A stretch of 39,235 nucleotides of DNA from Candidatus Micrarchaeia archaeon (GTDB lineage: Archaea > Micrarchaeota > Micrarchaeia > CAILAH01). Below the pieces are notes generated by a model, which did not search any database, was not told the DNA's origin, and saw only the letters and a program-made list of their open reading frames with translations. Below, in pieces: positions 19,264-26,887 of the stretch. The DNA lies in contig JBMFNT010000003.1 of assembly GCA_049970015.1 (NCBI GenBank), forward strand, positions 1-39,235, in the 5' to 3' direction. The position numbers and the translations under genes were made by a program. The first letter of the stretch is position 1. Every line of letters begins with the position of its first letter.

Positions 19264-19919
19264 GGGTGGTTATGAAAAGCGGAATAAGTGAACTGGATGA
19301 TGCACTTAAGGGTGGCCTGCGTGAGAAATCTAACGTACTGGTTATTGGGCCTCCTGGCACTGAAAAGGTTATGCTTGCAGTTAGGTTCATATCAGGTGGG
19401 ATAGAAAGTGGGGATGGGATGGTCTACATAACCACAGACTTGCAACCGAGTGAGATTGAGGAAAAAAACCCTGAACTTAGCGGGCACACAAATAAGGAAC
19501 TTTTGTTCATAGATTGTTATTCCTGGACACTTGGGGCACAGCAGAGTGAAAGGAAAGATATAACCGTTCCTGGGCCAAGTGCGTTAAATGACCTTAGCAT
19601 AGGCATTGCACAGGCAATGCAAAAACTCTTCAAACCTGAAAGAAAACTAAGAGTAGTGTTTCAATCACTCTCAACACTTCTGCTCTACAATAATCCTGAA
19701 GTCATATACAGGTTTACACAGATTACTGGGGCACGGTTAAAAGGCAGTAATGCCACAACATTGTTTTTGATTGAGGAAGGAATGCATGACGATAAAGTGG
19801 TGACTACACTTAAGCACCTCGTTGATTCTGTGATAGAAATAAAGAGAGATAATGAAAAGATACTTGTAAGGGCCCCTATGGATGGGCTTGTCCAGTGGAA
19901 AGAAATTACACTTTCTTAG
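19260..19919 (+). CDS. KaiC-like (RecA-superfamily) protein with degenerate Walker motifs
   Basis: GISELDDALKGGLREKSNVLVIGPPGTEKV matches the KaiC-like fold, but the Walker A GKT is EKV and the Walker B position reads VVFQSLS (Asp to Gln). Its ATG overlaps the upstream stop (ATGA). Confidence 0.7.
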   Translation: MRVVMKSGISELDDALKGGLREKSNVLVIGPPGTEKVMLAVRFISGGIESGDGMVYITTDLQPSEIEEKNPELSGHTNKELLFIDCYSWTLGAQQSERKDITVPGPSALNDLSIGIAQAMQKLFKPERKLRVVFQSLSTLLLYNNPEVIYRFTQITGARLKGSNATTLFLIEEGMHDDKVVTTLKHLVDSVIEIKRDNEKILVRAPMDGLVQWKEITLS

Positions 19920-20180
19920 TTTTTCATTTTGATTAAAAGTGGGTGTGAGATTTGTGACATGCTCCCACCCTTAAAAGGTGTGGGCTTCTTGCTTCACATT
20001 TCTTATGTTCGCTTCCATCCCACAGCTCCCATGTGGGATTTCCTGTCACTTTTAGCTAAACCTATACATGGGTATCATAATGCAATACATCTTTTCTGAA
20101 ATTTTAGTATTTCCCATCGTGAATGGATAGTTCCTGCCTTGCAAGTACGGCTCTTGTCCCATAATACTGCTGCGAATATA

Positions 20181-20209
20181 TTCCTCCTCAAGATTGAGTT
20201 GTTATAGAT
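20181..20209. repeat. Left copy of a 29-bp direct repeat flanking the wHTH/NTase cassette
   Basis: ttcctcctcaagattgagttgttatagat matches 21678-21706 at 27/29 positions. It contains the palindrome CTCAA-GA-TTGAG. Confidence 0.85.
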
Positions 20210-20307
20210 AAAACTTAATGCCCCTACTGGCAAGCTCATATAGATTGGATGAGATATTTCGAGAATTGTCGAAAGATATATAAAGGATTGAAAATATAAA
20301 TAGAAAC

Positions 20308-20895
20308 ATGATCAAGAAAAGGGAGGCCGTGTACAGGGAGATGCTCACAGCTGCATTGTTGGAAAAGCGGTTCACATTCACGCAGCTGGGGCTCTCAAAA
20401 AAGTTTGGGTTTTCGCTGAGCACCATCCATAATGCGCTCAGGCCACTGGTTGGTATTGGGGCAATAGGCAAGAGGACTAGGTCATTTGAGATTATCGATA
20501 CTAGGAAGGTGCTCATGTACTGGGCAACGGCAAGGAAACTGCAGAGGGACATAATATACACAACACGGGTTGAAGGGCCCGTGGCAAGGATAGAGGGAAA
20601 CATGCCTGCAGGTGCCATATTCACTGCATATTCCGGGTATAGAATACTCTACAAGGATGCACCCGCTGATTATAGCGAGGTGTACGTTTATGCGGATGCA
20701 AAAGCCCTTGAGGAGATAAGGGAAAGATTCGCAGAGAAAAGCGGGCCACAAAACCTGTTCGTGCTCGAGAAGGATCCATACATGCCAGAGAAGCCGGTTG
20801 CGCCACTGCCGCAGATTTATGTAGACCTATGGAACTTGCGCGAGTGGTATGCGAAGGATTTCCTTGATGCATTGGAGAAAAGGATGTTTGGGTGA
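20308..20895 (+). CDS. wHTH DNA-binding protein with a C-terminal extension (AbiEi-antitoxin-like)
   Basis: N-terminal wHTH-like FTFTQLGLSKKFGFSLSTIHNALRPLVGIGAI followed by a ~120 aa domain. It lies 6 nt upstream of a nucleotidyltransferase gene, which is the AbiEi/AbiEii layout. The family call is an inference. Confidence 0.5.
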   Translation: MIKKREAVYREMLTAALLEKRFTFTQLGLSKKFGFSLSTIHNALRPLVGIGAIGKRTRSFEIIDTRKVLMYWATARKLQRDIIYTTRVEGPVARIEGNMPAGAIFTAYSGYRILYKDAPADYSEVYVYADAKALEEIRERFAEKSGPQNLFVLEKDPYMPEKPVAPLPQIYVDLWNLREWYAKDFLDALEKRMFG

Positions 20896-20901
20896 TTTTG
20901 T

Positions 20902-21528
20902 ATGAAGCCGCGTGAGTTCTGGAATGAGATAGTTACTGAGAAAAGCTGGGAGCTGCTTGTGGCGCTATCAAAAGAGTATGATTTCATCGTTATTGGGGGG
21001 TGGGCTGCATACCTCTGGACGAGGGTGCACAAGTCCAAAGACATTGACATAGTGGTGGATTATGAGACACTACGCGCATTAAAGGCGAAATTTAGTGTGA
21101 ACAAGAACGAGCGCCTCTCCAAGTATGAGATAAAGACTGGCGAGTTTGATATAGACATCTACGTGCCTGGATATTCAAAGCTCGCGGTGCCTGTTGAGCT
21201 GATTTTGGAGCATGTTGAAATAGTGGAGGGGATGAAAGTGCCCGCGCCCGAGGTGATAGTCTTGCTCAAGCAGGGCGCCGAGATTGCAAGAAGAGGCTCC
21301 TCCAAGGGGAAGAAGGACCTTATAGACATACTTACATTACTCATATACTCAGGGTTTTCTGTCAGTAAATACAGGAGTATTGCGGAAAAGCTGAGGCTGA
21401 AAGCATACGTAAAAGAATTGGAGAATGAGGTGCAGGCGTTCAGCCTGCGCGACCTTGAGTACCTGGGGATGGATGTCAACGAGTTTGCCAAATGGAAGCG
21501 TAACTTCCTGCGAGAGCTTCTGGCCTGA
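20902..21528 (+). CDS. Pol-beta-fold nucleotidyltransferase (AbiEii/DUF1814-like or related minimal NTase)
   Basis: The NTase signature hG[GS]x9-13DxD is present as VIGGWAAYLWTRVHKSKDIDIVV, with a third acidic strand EFDIDIYV. The C-terminal LKQGAEIARRGSSKGKKDLIDILTL resembles the AbiEii helical region. Confidence 0.6.
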   Translation: MKPREFWNEIVTEKSWELLVALSKEYDFIVIGGWAAYLWTRVHKSKDIDIVVDYETLRALKAKFSVNKNERLSKYEIKTGEFDIDIYVPGYSKLAVPVELILEHVEIVEGMKVPAPEVIVLLKQGAEIARRGSSKGKKDLIDILTLLIYSGFSVSKYRSIAEKLRLKAYVKELENEVQAFSLRDLEYLGMDVNEFAKWKRNFLRELLA

Positions 21529-21677
21529 TTCCAGTTCACCCCCTCTCCGCCTATGATATTGCAATAGTCTTCGGCATCATCCTGACCTAAGGCCTCACCA
21601 CCCATCGGTTCGATAATTATGATTGCCTCCGGAATGTTTCTAAACAGAGGCAAGAAATCGCTCTTTCCCATCGTGAC

Positions 21678-21706
21678 TTCATCCTCAAGATTGAGTTGTC
21701 ATAGAT
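21678..21706. repeat. Right copy of the 29-bp direct repeat
   Basis: ttcatcctcaagattgagttgtcatagat lies 1497 nt downstream of the left copy in the same orientation. Confidence 0.85.
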
Positions 21707-21917
21707 GATTCATCCAATGAAATTGAAGAATTTGAAAGATTGAAGGAAAATATGCAATAATTACAAATTTGAATGCAAAGGAAATTCTTGAACACTAGCT
21801 ACGCCTATCAAGTCATTTGCTAAAAAGGAGCATCACAAAATGAAGGTGTAAAAAGGATACGTCGAGGTGGATTAATATGAGTTATTCGAATCTACGAGGT
21901 GTCAGATTTATAAGGAA

Positions 21918-23009
21918 TCACATCGTCCTTCGTGGAATGGATTCTATCTCTACATCTTTGCCTTTCTTTTTGTCTTCGTATTTAACAACTATCCATCCCT
22001 TCTCATTGGTACTGAATGTTTTGGCCTTATCTTCAGAGACTAAACCTTCCTTTTCGCTCAATAACCTTCCTGTCCATTTTCTAGTGAAATATCCAAAGTA
22101 GCCATCATCAAACGGCTTACCCTTGAAATACTTTAAGTCTTCCTTAAACTCTTTCTCATTACCATAAACACGTTTCAACATTATCTGAAGTGCCTTGTAC
22201 GCCTTTGCAGTCTGCGGGCCATATATCCCATCTTCCTTTATACCATTTTTCTTTATCATTTCTATCTCTTTATCATTGAACCCTGCCTGCCTAAGATCCT
22301 TATCAACCATGAATTCGCTCCTGTATAACTCATTCCAGAGCTCCTGTGTTATCCGTATCTCATTGTGTTTGTTAACACCATGCGCACCCCCTATATAATG
22401 TGTTTCTTTTCCCTCTTCACCAAATTTCCTGAACTTTTTGTTTTCCTTCTCCTCTTCTTTTGAATAATCTAGTGTGATGTAATTTGTCACAGTTTCCAGT
22501 GCACTCTTATCCTCTTCCTCTTTCTTTTTTGGTAGCCACCAGCTGTTCCATGTATCCTTATCAACCAACCATGCATTCCGTTCCCTGATTGTTTCCCCTG
22601 TGCCCGTCTCACTGCTGCTGCGTTCCTTGCCAACCTTGAAAGATGCACCATTAAGAAATTCCCTTACACTCCTTTCTACATCTTTTATTTTGGATTCATT
22701 AGCATTATCTATCATATCAAACTCTTTCTTACTAAGACCGCCTTCTTTCATTATGCCAATGGCAATAACAAACTCTTTACCTTTTAGGTTCTCCAACGCT
22801 TTTTTGGCCCTATTGAGCTTCTCAACTGTAACATCACTTCCATCAGTCGTTAAGAAATATGCATTGTACACACCATTCTCATACCTGAAAGATACTTGCA
22901 GGTTGTATTTTTCCAACTGTTTGTTAAAATTTTGCTCAACTGCATTAATCTGTTGTTGGACTTCACGAGCCTCTTTTTGGCCGGCAGGAGCTAGCTGCGC
23001 TTGTACCAT
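21918..23009 (-). CDS. Hypothetical protein with a peptidoglycan-binding-like (PG_binding_1-like) motif
   Basis: 363 aa with no signal peptide. It has a coiled-coil-like N-terminus, K/E-rich linkers and IKEDGIYGPQTAKAYKALQ, which matches the DGxxGxxTxxAxxxFQ core of PG_binding_1. Otherwise unrecognised. Confidence 0.5.
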   Translation of the reverse strand: MVQAQLAPAGQKEAREVQQQINAVEQNFNKQLEKYNLQVSFRYENGVYNAYFLTTDGSDVTVEKLNRAKKALENLKGKEFVIAIGIMKEGGLSKKEFDMIDNANESKIKDVERSVREFLNGASFKVGKERSSSETGTGETIRERNAWLVDKDTWNSWWLPKKKEEEDKSALETVTNYITLDYSKEEEKENKKFRKFGEEGKETHYIGGAHGVNKHNEIRITQELWNELYRSEFMVDKDLRQAGFNDKEIEMIKKNGIKEDGIYGPQTAKAYKALQIMLKRVYGNEKEFKEDLKYFKGKPFDDGYFGYFTRKWTGRLLSEKEGLVSEDKAKTFSTNEKGWIVVKYEDKKKGKDVEIESIPRRTM

Positions 23010-23035
23010 AATTACACCAGATAAAGATTTGCTTG

Positions 23036-23050
23036 TTTATTTATATAAAT
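23036..23050 (+). promoter_or_regulatory. TATA-box-like element upstream of priS
   Basis: tttatttatataaat lies 22-36 nt upstream of ATG 23072, inside a 62-nt divergent intergenic region. Confidence 0.4.
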
Positions 23051-23071
23051 ATTGCTAAAATAAAACCAACC

Positions 23072-24115
23072 ATGCAACCCGGGAGGGAAAGGGATTTTTT
23101 GGTTGAAGAATTCAGGAAGTATTATGAAAAGGTTGATGTTGATTATCCAGAGTATATTGAGAGAAGGGAGTTTGGGGTGGGGTTTGAAACGAAGATTGAT
23201 ATGAGGCACAAGAGGTTTAATACAAGAGAGGAACTTAGACAGTATTTGATAACGAATGTGCCTTTTTTCATATCATACTCAGTTGCACTCTATACTGCGC
23301 CCGAGGCAAGACCCATGGAAAACAAAAACATTGTTGGGTCTGATCTGGTATTTGACATAGATGTGCACGGATGCAAAAAACATGCAGATAAGTTTATATG
23401 TGAAGAATGCCTGGGCTTGGCAAAGGAAAATACAATACGGCTTATTGAGGATTTCTTAATACCCGACTTTGGGATAGGAAAAAAAGATATACACATAAAT
23501 TTCAGTGGGAATAGGGGGTACCATGTACACATAAAAGATGGGCGGTATATGAATTTAGGAAAATTGGAGCGCATGGCACTTGTTAGGTACTTAAACGGTG
23601 TGGGACTGGATGCAGGTATATTCTGCGAGAAAAGGGCTACTACAAGATCGCCTGCATGGTTCGGTAGGATTGCTAAATGTATAAAGAAACGGTTGGAAAA
23701 TGGCTTCATAAAGACAAGTAAGAAAGAACAGTATATATTAGATATAGAGAATGGGAACTGGGACAATATAAAGGACAGTGCATGGTTTTACAGAGAATTT
23801 GAGGAATGTCGTGAAATGTGCAAAGCAGATGTGGATGAGCAGGTTACTACTGATTTGAGCAGGCTAATAAGACTGCCAGGGAGCATACATGGTGAGAGTA
23901 CGCTCATTGCAAAAACTGTGGAGGATATTGAGAAGTTTAACCCATTAGATGATGCTGTATTTATAAGTGATGAAGAAATAGATGTATATGTTAAGGATGC
24001 ACCACATGTAATTATGAAAGGGAAAGTGTATGATGAGATTAACAATAAAAAGGAACGGCTCCCTAAATATTATGCTGCGTACCTGATTGCAAAGGGTGCT
24101 GCAAAACTGGTGTAG
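23072..24115 (+). CDS. priS: DNA primase small (catalytic) subunit PriS
   Basis: Catalytic DLVFDIDV, SGNRGYHVHI and RLPGSIHG motifs. Start moved to ATG 23072 because the upstream part of the listed ORF runs through the AT-rich promoter. Confidence 0.9.
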   Translation: MQPGRERDFLVEEFRKYYEKVDVDYPEYIERREFGVGFETKIDMRHKRFNTREELRQYLITNVPFFISYSVALYTAPEARPMENKNIVGSDLVFDIDVHGCKKHADKFICEECLGLAKENTIRLIEDFLIPDFGIGKKDIHINFSGNRGYHVHIKDGRYMNLGKLERMALVRYLNGVGLDAGIFCEKRATTRSPAWFGRIAKCIKKRLENGFIKTSKKEQYILDIENGNWDNIKDSAWFYREFEECREMCKADVDEQVTTDLSRLIRLPGSIHGESTLIAKTVEDIEKFNPLDDAVFISDEEIDVYVKDAPHVIMKGKVYDEINNKKERLPKYYAAYLIAKGAAKLV

Positions 24116-24119
24116 CATT

Positions 24120-24725
24120 ATGTATGAAGAGATAAGAAAAGTGTGTATAGAAGAGAAAAATAATAATGGGCTAGCGAATGTGAAAGAAGATATGTATGAC
24201 AGGATGTTTGAGTATATGGAATCGTTAAGGGCACAACTCGCACAGGAATGGAGCACGCGAAAAGTAAGAGAACTTGAAAATTGCGAAAAGATGCTTCGCG
24301 ATGTTGAGGCAAAAAGGGCACAAAAGATTGTGCTATGTGCATTCAATGCCGTATACAATAAGCTTGATGAAATCCCGCAGATGGCTGGACAGGAGAAGGT
24401 ACTTTATGAAAGTGTTAAGAGATGTATTGAGTCGTTTAGGGTAATGATGGATTACAGAAACGGATTTGAAAATAATGTAAAAACATGTGGTACAATAAGT
24501 ACTGGTAATGGTCAACAGGCCGACGAGAATGTAGGAGGATCTTGCATTAAAGCGGAGAAACCTGTGCAAGGTATTATAAAGGTTAAAGTGCTTAAAGAAA
24601 TTCCAAGGTTCAAGTCGGTTGATGGGAACGAGTATGGGCCTTTCAGGTATGGTGAGGTATGCGAGATGCCTGAGCCTGAGGCAAAAATACTCGTGGCAAG
24701 GAATGCTGTTGAAAAAATGGAGTGA
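24120..24725 (+). CDS. GINS-like replication protein (Gins51/Gins15-type, tentative)
   Basis: Helical N-domain plus a small C-terminal beta domain (FKSVDGNEYGPFRYGEVCEMPEPEAKILVARNAVEKME). It starts 5 nt after priS, matching the priS-gins linkage known in archaea. The call is by pattern and context. Confidence 0.5.
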   Translation: MYEEIRKVCIEEKNNNGLANVKEDMYDRMFEYMESLRAQLAQEWSTRKVRELENCEKMLRDVEAKRAQKIVLCAFNAVYNKLDEIPQMAGQEKVLYESVKRCIESFRVMMDYRNGFENNVKTCGTISTGNGQQADENVGGSCIKAEKPVQGIIKVKVLKEIPRFKSVDGNEYGPFRYGEVCEMPEPEAKILVARNAVEKME

Positions 24726-24743
24726 TATTGAGAGGTGTTCAAC

Positions 24744-25028
24744 GTGAAGTTTCCAAAAGAAGTAATGGCATACTGTCCATCATGCAAAAAGCATACTATG
24801 CACAAGGCAAAAAATCCTAAGAAAGGAAAGGCAAGAGGGCTTGCATGGGGTACTTTGAGGCATGAAAGAAGAACAAAAGGGTATGTTGGTAAGGTTAAGG
24901 GACAGGCTACGGTTAAAAAGCAGGGAAAACGTCAGAAAATAATTCTTGAGTGCACCCAGTGCAAAAAGAATGTTGAGCGGGTGCTGGGTGGCGGCAGAAC
25001 AAAGAAAAGGGTTGAGATTGGCAAATAG
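24744..25028 (+). CDS. rpl44e: 50S ribosomal protein L44e (eL42)
   Basis: KFPKEVMAYCPSCKKHTMHK ... CTQCKK zinc-ribbon pattern. GTG 24744 lies 6 nt after GAGGTG; the listed in-frame GTG at 24735 is the alternative. Confidence 0.85.
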   Translation: MKFPKEVMAYCPSCKKHTMHKAKNPKKGKARGLAWGTLRHERRTKGYVGKVKGQATVKKQGKRQKIILECTQCKKNVERVLGGGRTKKRVEIGK

Positions 25029-25036
25029 GTGAGTAA

Positions 25037-25198
25037 ATGGGTAAGTTTGTTCTTGTGAAATGCAATTGTGGGTATGAACAGCCTTTGTATAAATCGGTAA
25101 AAACGGTTGTCAAGTGCATAAACTGCGGGAGTGTACTTGCAGAGCCATTAGGTGGAAATGCCCGCATACTTGGCAGCGTCAAGAAAGAGTTGGAATAG
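25037..25198 (+). CDS. rps27e: 30S ribosomal protein S27e (53 aa; absent from the ORF track)
   Basis: Hand translation gives MGKFVLVKCNCGYEQPLYKSVKTVVKCINCGSVLAEPLGGNARILGSVKKELE*. This has the CxC...CxxC zinc ribbon and AEPxGGxA signature of S27e. The TAG stop abuts the aIF2alpha ATG. Confidence 0.85.
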   Translation: MGKFVLVKCNCGYEQPLYKSVKTVVKCINCGSVLAEPLGGNARILGSVKKELE

Positions 25199-25972
25199 AT
25201 GAAAGAAATGCCTAAGGAAGGAGAGCTTGTAATTGCAACGATAAAGAAAATCTTACCGTATGGGGCATTCTGCACGCTTGATGAGTATAATGATACAGAG
25301 GCATTTTTGCATGTTTCTGAGGTTGCACCGCGATGGATAAAAAATATACACGAGCACATACGGGAAGGTCAAAAGGTCATTGCAAAGGTTTACAGGTATA
25401 TACCAGAGAAGAACCAGATAGACATAACGCTTAAACGCGTAAGTGAGAGTGATAGGGCATGGAAGCGCGAGCAGTACAGAAAAAAGAACAGGGCGCTAAA
25501 AATGCTAGAGATGGTTGCAAAAAAGCTCAGGAGGGATAAGACAAAATTTGTAGATGAGATGTACAGCCGCCTCGAAAAAGATTATGAGAGTCCTTACTCT
25601 GCACTTGAAGATATTGCATTCAACACCCAAAATGCAAGGAAGAAGCTTGGCGATGTGCCAGATAAAGTGTTTGCAGCGCTTGAGGATATTGCAAAGGACA
25701 ACATAAAAAAGCAAATGATTACACTATCAAGAAAGGTTAAGATTGAATGCTTTGCCCCGGATGGTGTGAAGAGGATTAGAGATACTTTTACATCAATATC
25801 CTCAACTAATGAATTGGTTGTTAAATATCTGGGTGCGCCTATGTATAGGATAGATATAACTGCTGATGATTATAAGACTGCAGAAAAAGAGTTCACACGT
25901 GTGCTTGGGAAGATAAGAGACATGCTCAAGGATACAAAGCACAAGATAAGTGTTGAGGGAGATAAAGAATGA
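25199..25972 (+). CDS. Translation initiation factor aIF-2 alpha subunit
   Basis: N-terminal S1 domain GELVIATIKKILPYGAFCTLDEYNDTEAFLHVSEVAPRWIKNIHEHIREGQKVIAKV. Length and order match the conserved archaeal cluster. Confidence 0.9.
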   Translation: MKEMPKEGELVIATIKKILPYGAFCTLDEYNDTEAFLHVSEVAPRWIKNIHEHIREGQKVIAKVYRYIPEKNQIDITLKRVSESDRAWKREQYRKKNRALKMLEMVAKKLRRDKTKFVDEMYSRLEKDYESPYSALEDIAFNTQNARKKLGDVPDKVFAALEDIAKDNIKKQMITLSRKVKIECFAPDGVKRIRDTFTSISSTNELVVKYLGAPMYRIDITADDYKTAEKEFTRVLGKIRDMLKDTKHKISVEGDKE

Positions 25973-26115
25973 AATTCCTCATACATAAGTGCAGGGTCTG
26001 CGGTAACTATACGCTTGAGGAGGTACATTGTAATGAGCGCACAGCAAGTGCGCATCCTGCAAGGTTTTCGCCATTGGACAGATATGCAAAATACAGGAGG
26101 AAGGTATTTGAATGA
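25969..26115 (+). CDS. nop10: H/ACA RNP protein Nop10 (48 aa; absent from the ORF track)
   Basis: Hand translation gives MKFLIHKCRVCGNYTLEEVHCNERTASAHPARFSPLDRYAKYRRKVFE*. It has the zinc-ribbon half-site and the AHPARFSPxDxYxxYR signature. ATGA overlaps occur at both ends. Confidence 0.85.
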   Translation: MKFLIHKCRVCGNYTLEEVHCNERTASAHPARFSPLDRYAKYRRKVFE

Positions 26116-26864
26116 AAAACGAAACATATGTGCGTATTATAAGGGATATGAAGCTTAAGTCACCGATTGCAATCGAGGGGTTACCAGGTATTGGGCTAGT
26201 GGGTAAGATAGCTGCAGAGCATCTCGCTAGAGAGTTGAAAGCTAAAAGGATTGCAGAGGTATACTCACCGCATTTCCCACACCAAGTAATAATGCGAAAG
26301 AATGGGACTATAAGGATGCTGAGAAATGTGATATATGGGTACAAAAAAGGTAATGTGGAAATAGTCATATTGCTTGGTGATGTACAGGCAGTGACGCCAG
26401 AGGCACAGTTTGAGGTTGCAAACAAGATAATTGATTATTTCAAGTCAATAAATGTAAAAAGGATGTATACATTAGGAGGGTATGGCTGTGGCAGACACTT
26501 GAAGAATCCACGCGTGCTTGGTGCAGCAACTCACAGGCATCTTGTCGAAGAAATAAGCAAGTATGGAGTTGTGTTCGGGCAAAGCAGAGGGACTATAATC
26601 GGGGCAGCTGGAATGCTGCTTGGCCTGGGAAAACTTAACAACATGGAAGGTGTATGTCTCATGGGGGAAACCCATGGTGCATATATTGACCCAAATTCTG
26701 CAAAAGGACTGCTGGAAGTGCTCTGCAAGATAATTGGTGTAAAGATCAAGCTTGACAAGATTGATGAAAAGATCAAGCTTGACAAGATTACAAAAGAAGA
26801 AATGAAAAAAATGGAGGAGTTCAGGGAAGCGGGTGGGGGAGAATCTCTCAGTTACATTAGGTAA
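26112..26864 (+). CDS. PAC2-family proteasome assembly chaperone-like protein
   Basis: IAIEGLPGIGLVGKIAAEHL ... YSPHFPHQV is typical of archaeal PAC2/COG1938 proteins, the usual last member of the L44e-S27e-aIF2a-Nop10 cluster. Confidence 0.8.
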   Translation: MKNETYVRIIRDMKLKSPIAIEGLPGIGLVGKIAAEHLARELKAKRIAEVYSPHFPHQVIMRKNGTIRMLRNVIYGYKKGNVEIVILLGDVQAVTPEAQFEVANKIIDYFKSINVKRMYTLGGYGCGRHLKNPRVLGAATHRHLVEEISKYGVVFGQSRGTIIGAAGMLLGLGKLNNMEGVCLMGETHGAYIDPNSAKGLLEVLCKIIGVKIKLDKIDEKIKLDKITKEEMKKMEEFREAGGGESLSYIR

Positions 26865-26887
26865 CTGCCCCATAAGAGGGGAGCAGG

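Noticed and set aside
20202-20624. 140-aa minus-strand ORF overlapping the wHTH gene start.
   Set aside because: It is antisense to a better-supported gene, its sequence is hydrophobic and low in information, and it has no motif.
20308-21528. A G+C shift of the wHTH/NTase cassette as evidence for horizontal transfer.
   Set aside because: Some 60-nt lines look G+C-rich, but core genes such as the thiolase and HMGS look similar by eye. Composition was not computed, so it is not used as evidence.
21159-21671. 170-aa minus-strand ORF starting just inside the right direct repeat.
   Set aside because: All but its first ~47 codons are antisense to the well-supported NTase gene and translate to low-complexity S/R-rich sequence. 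It is treated as a shadow ORF, although its 5' end may be the remnant of a gene disrupted by the cassette.
21529-21917. ggttcgataat and neighbouring sequence in the spacer, considered as a tRNA T-arm or att-site remnant.
   Set aside because: No complementary T-stem, acceptor or anticodon arm can be built around it.
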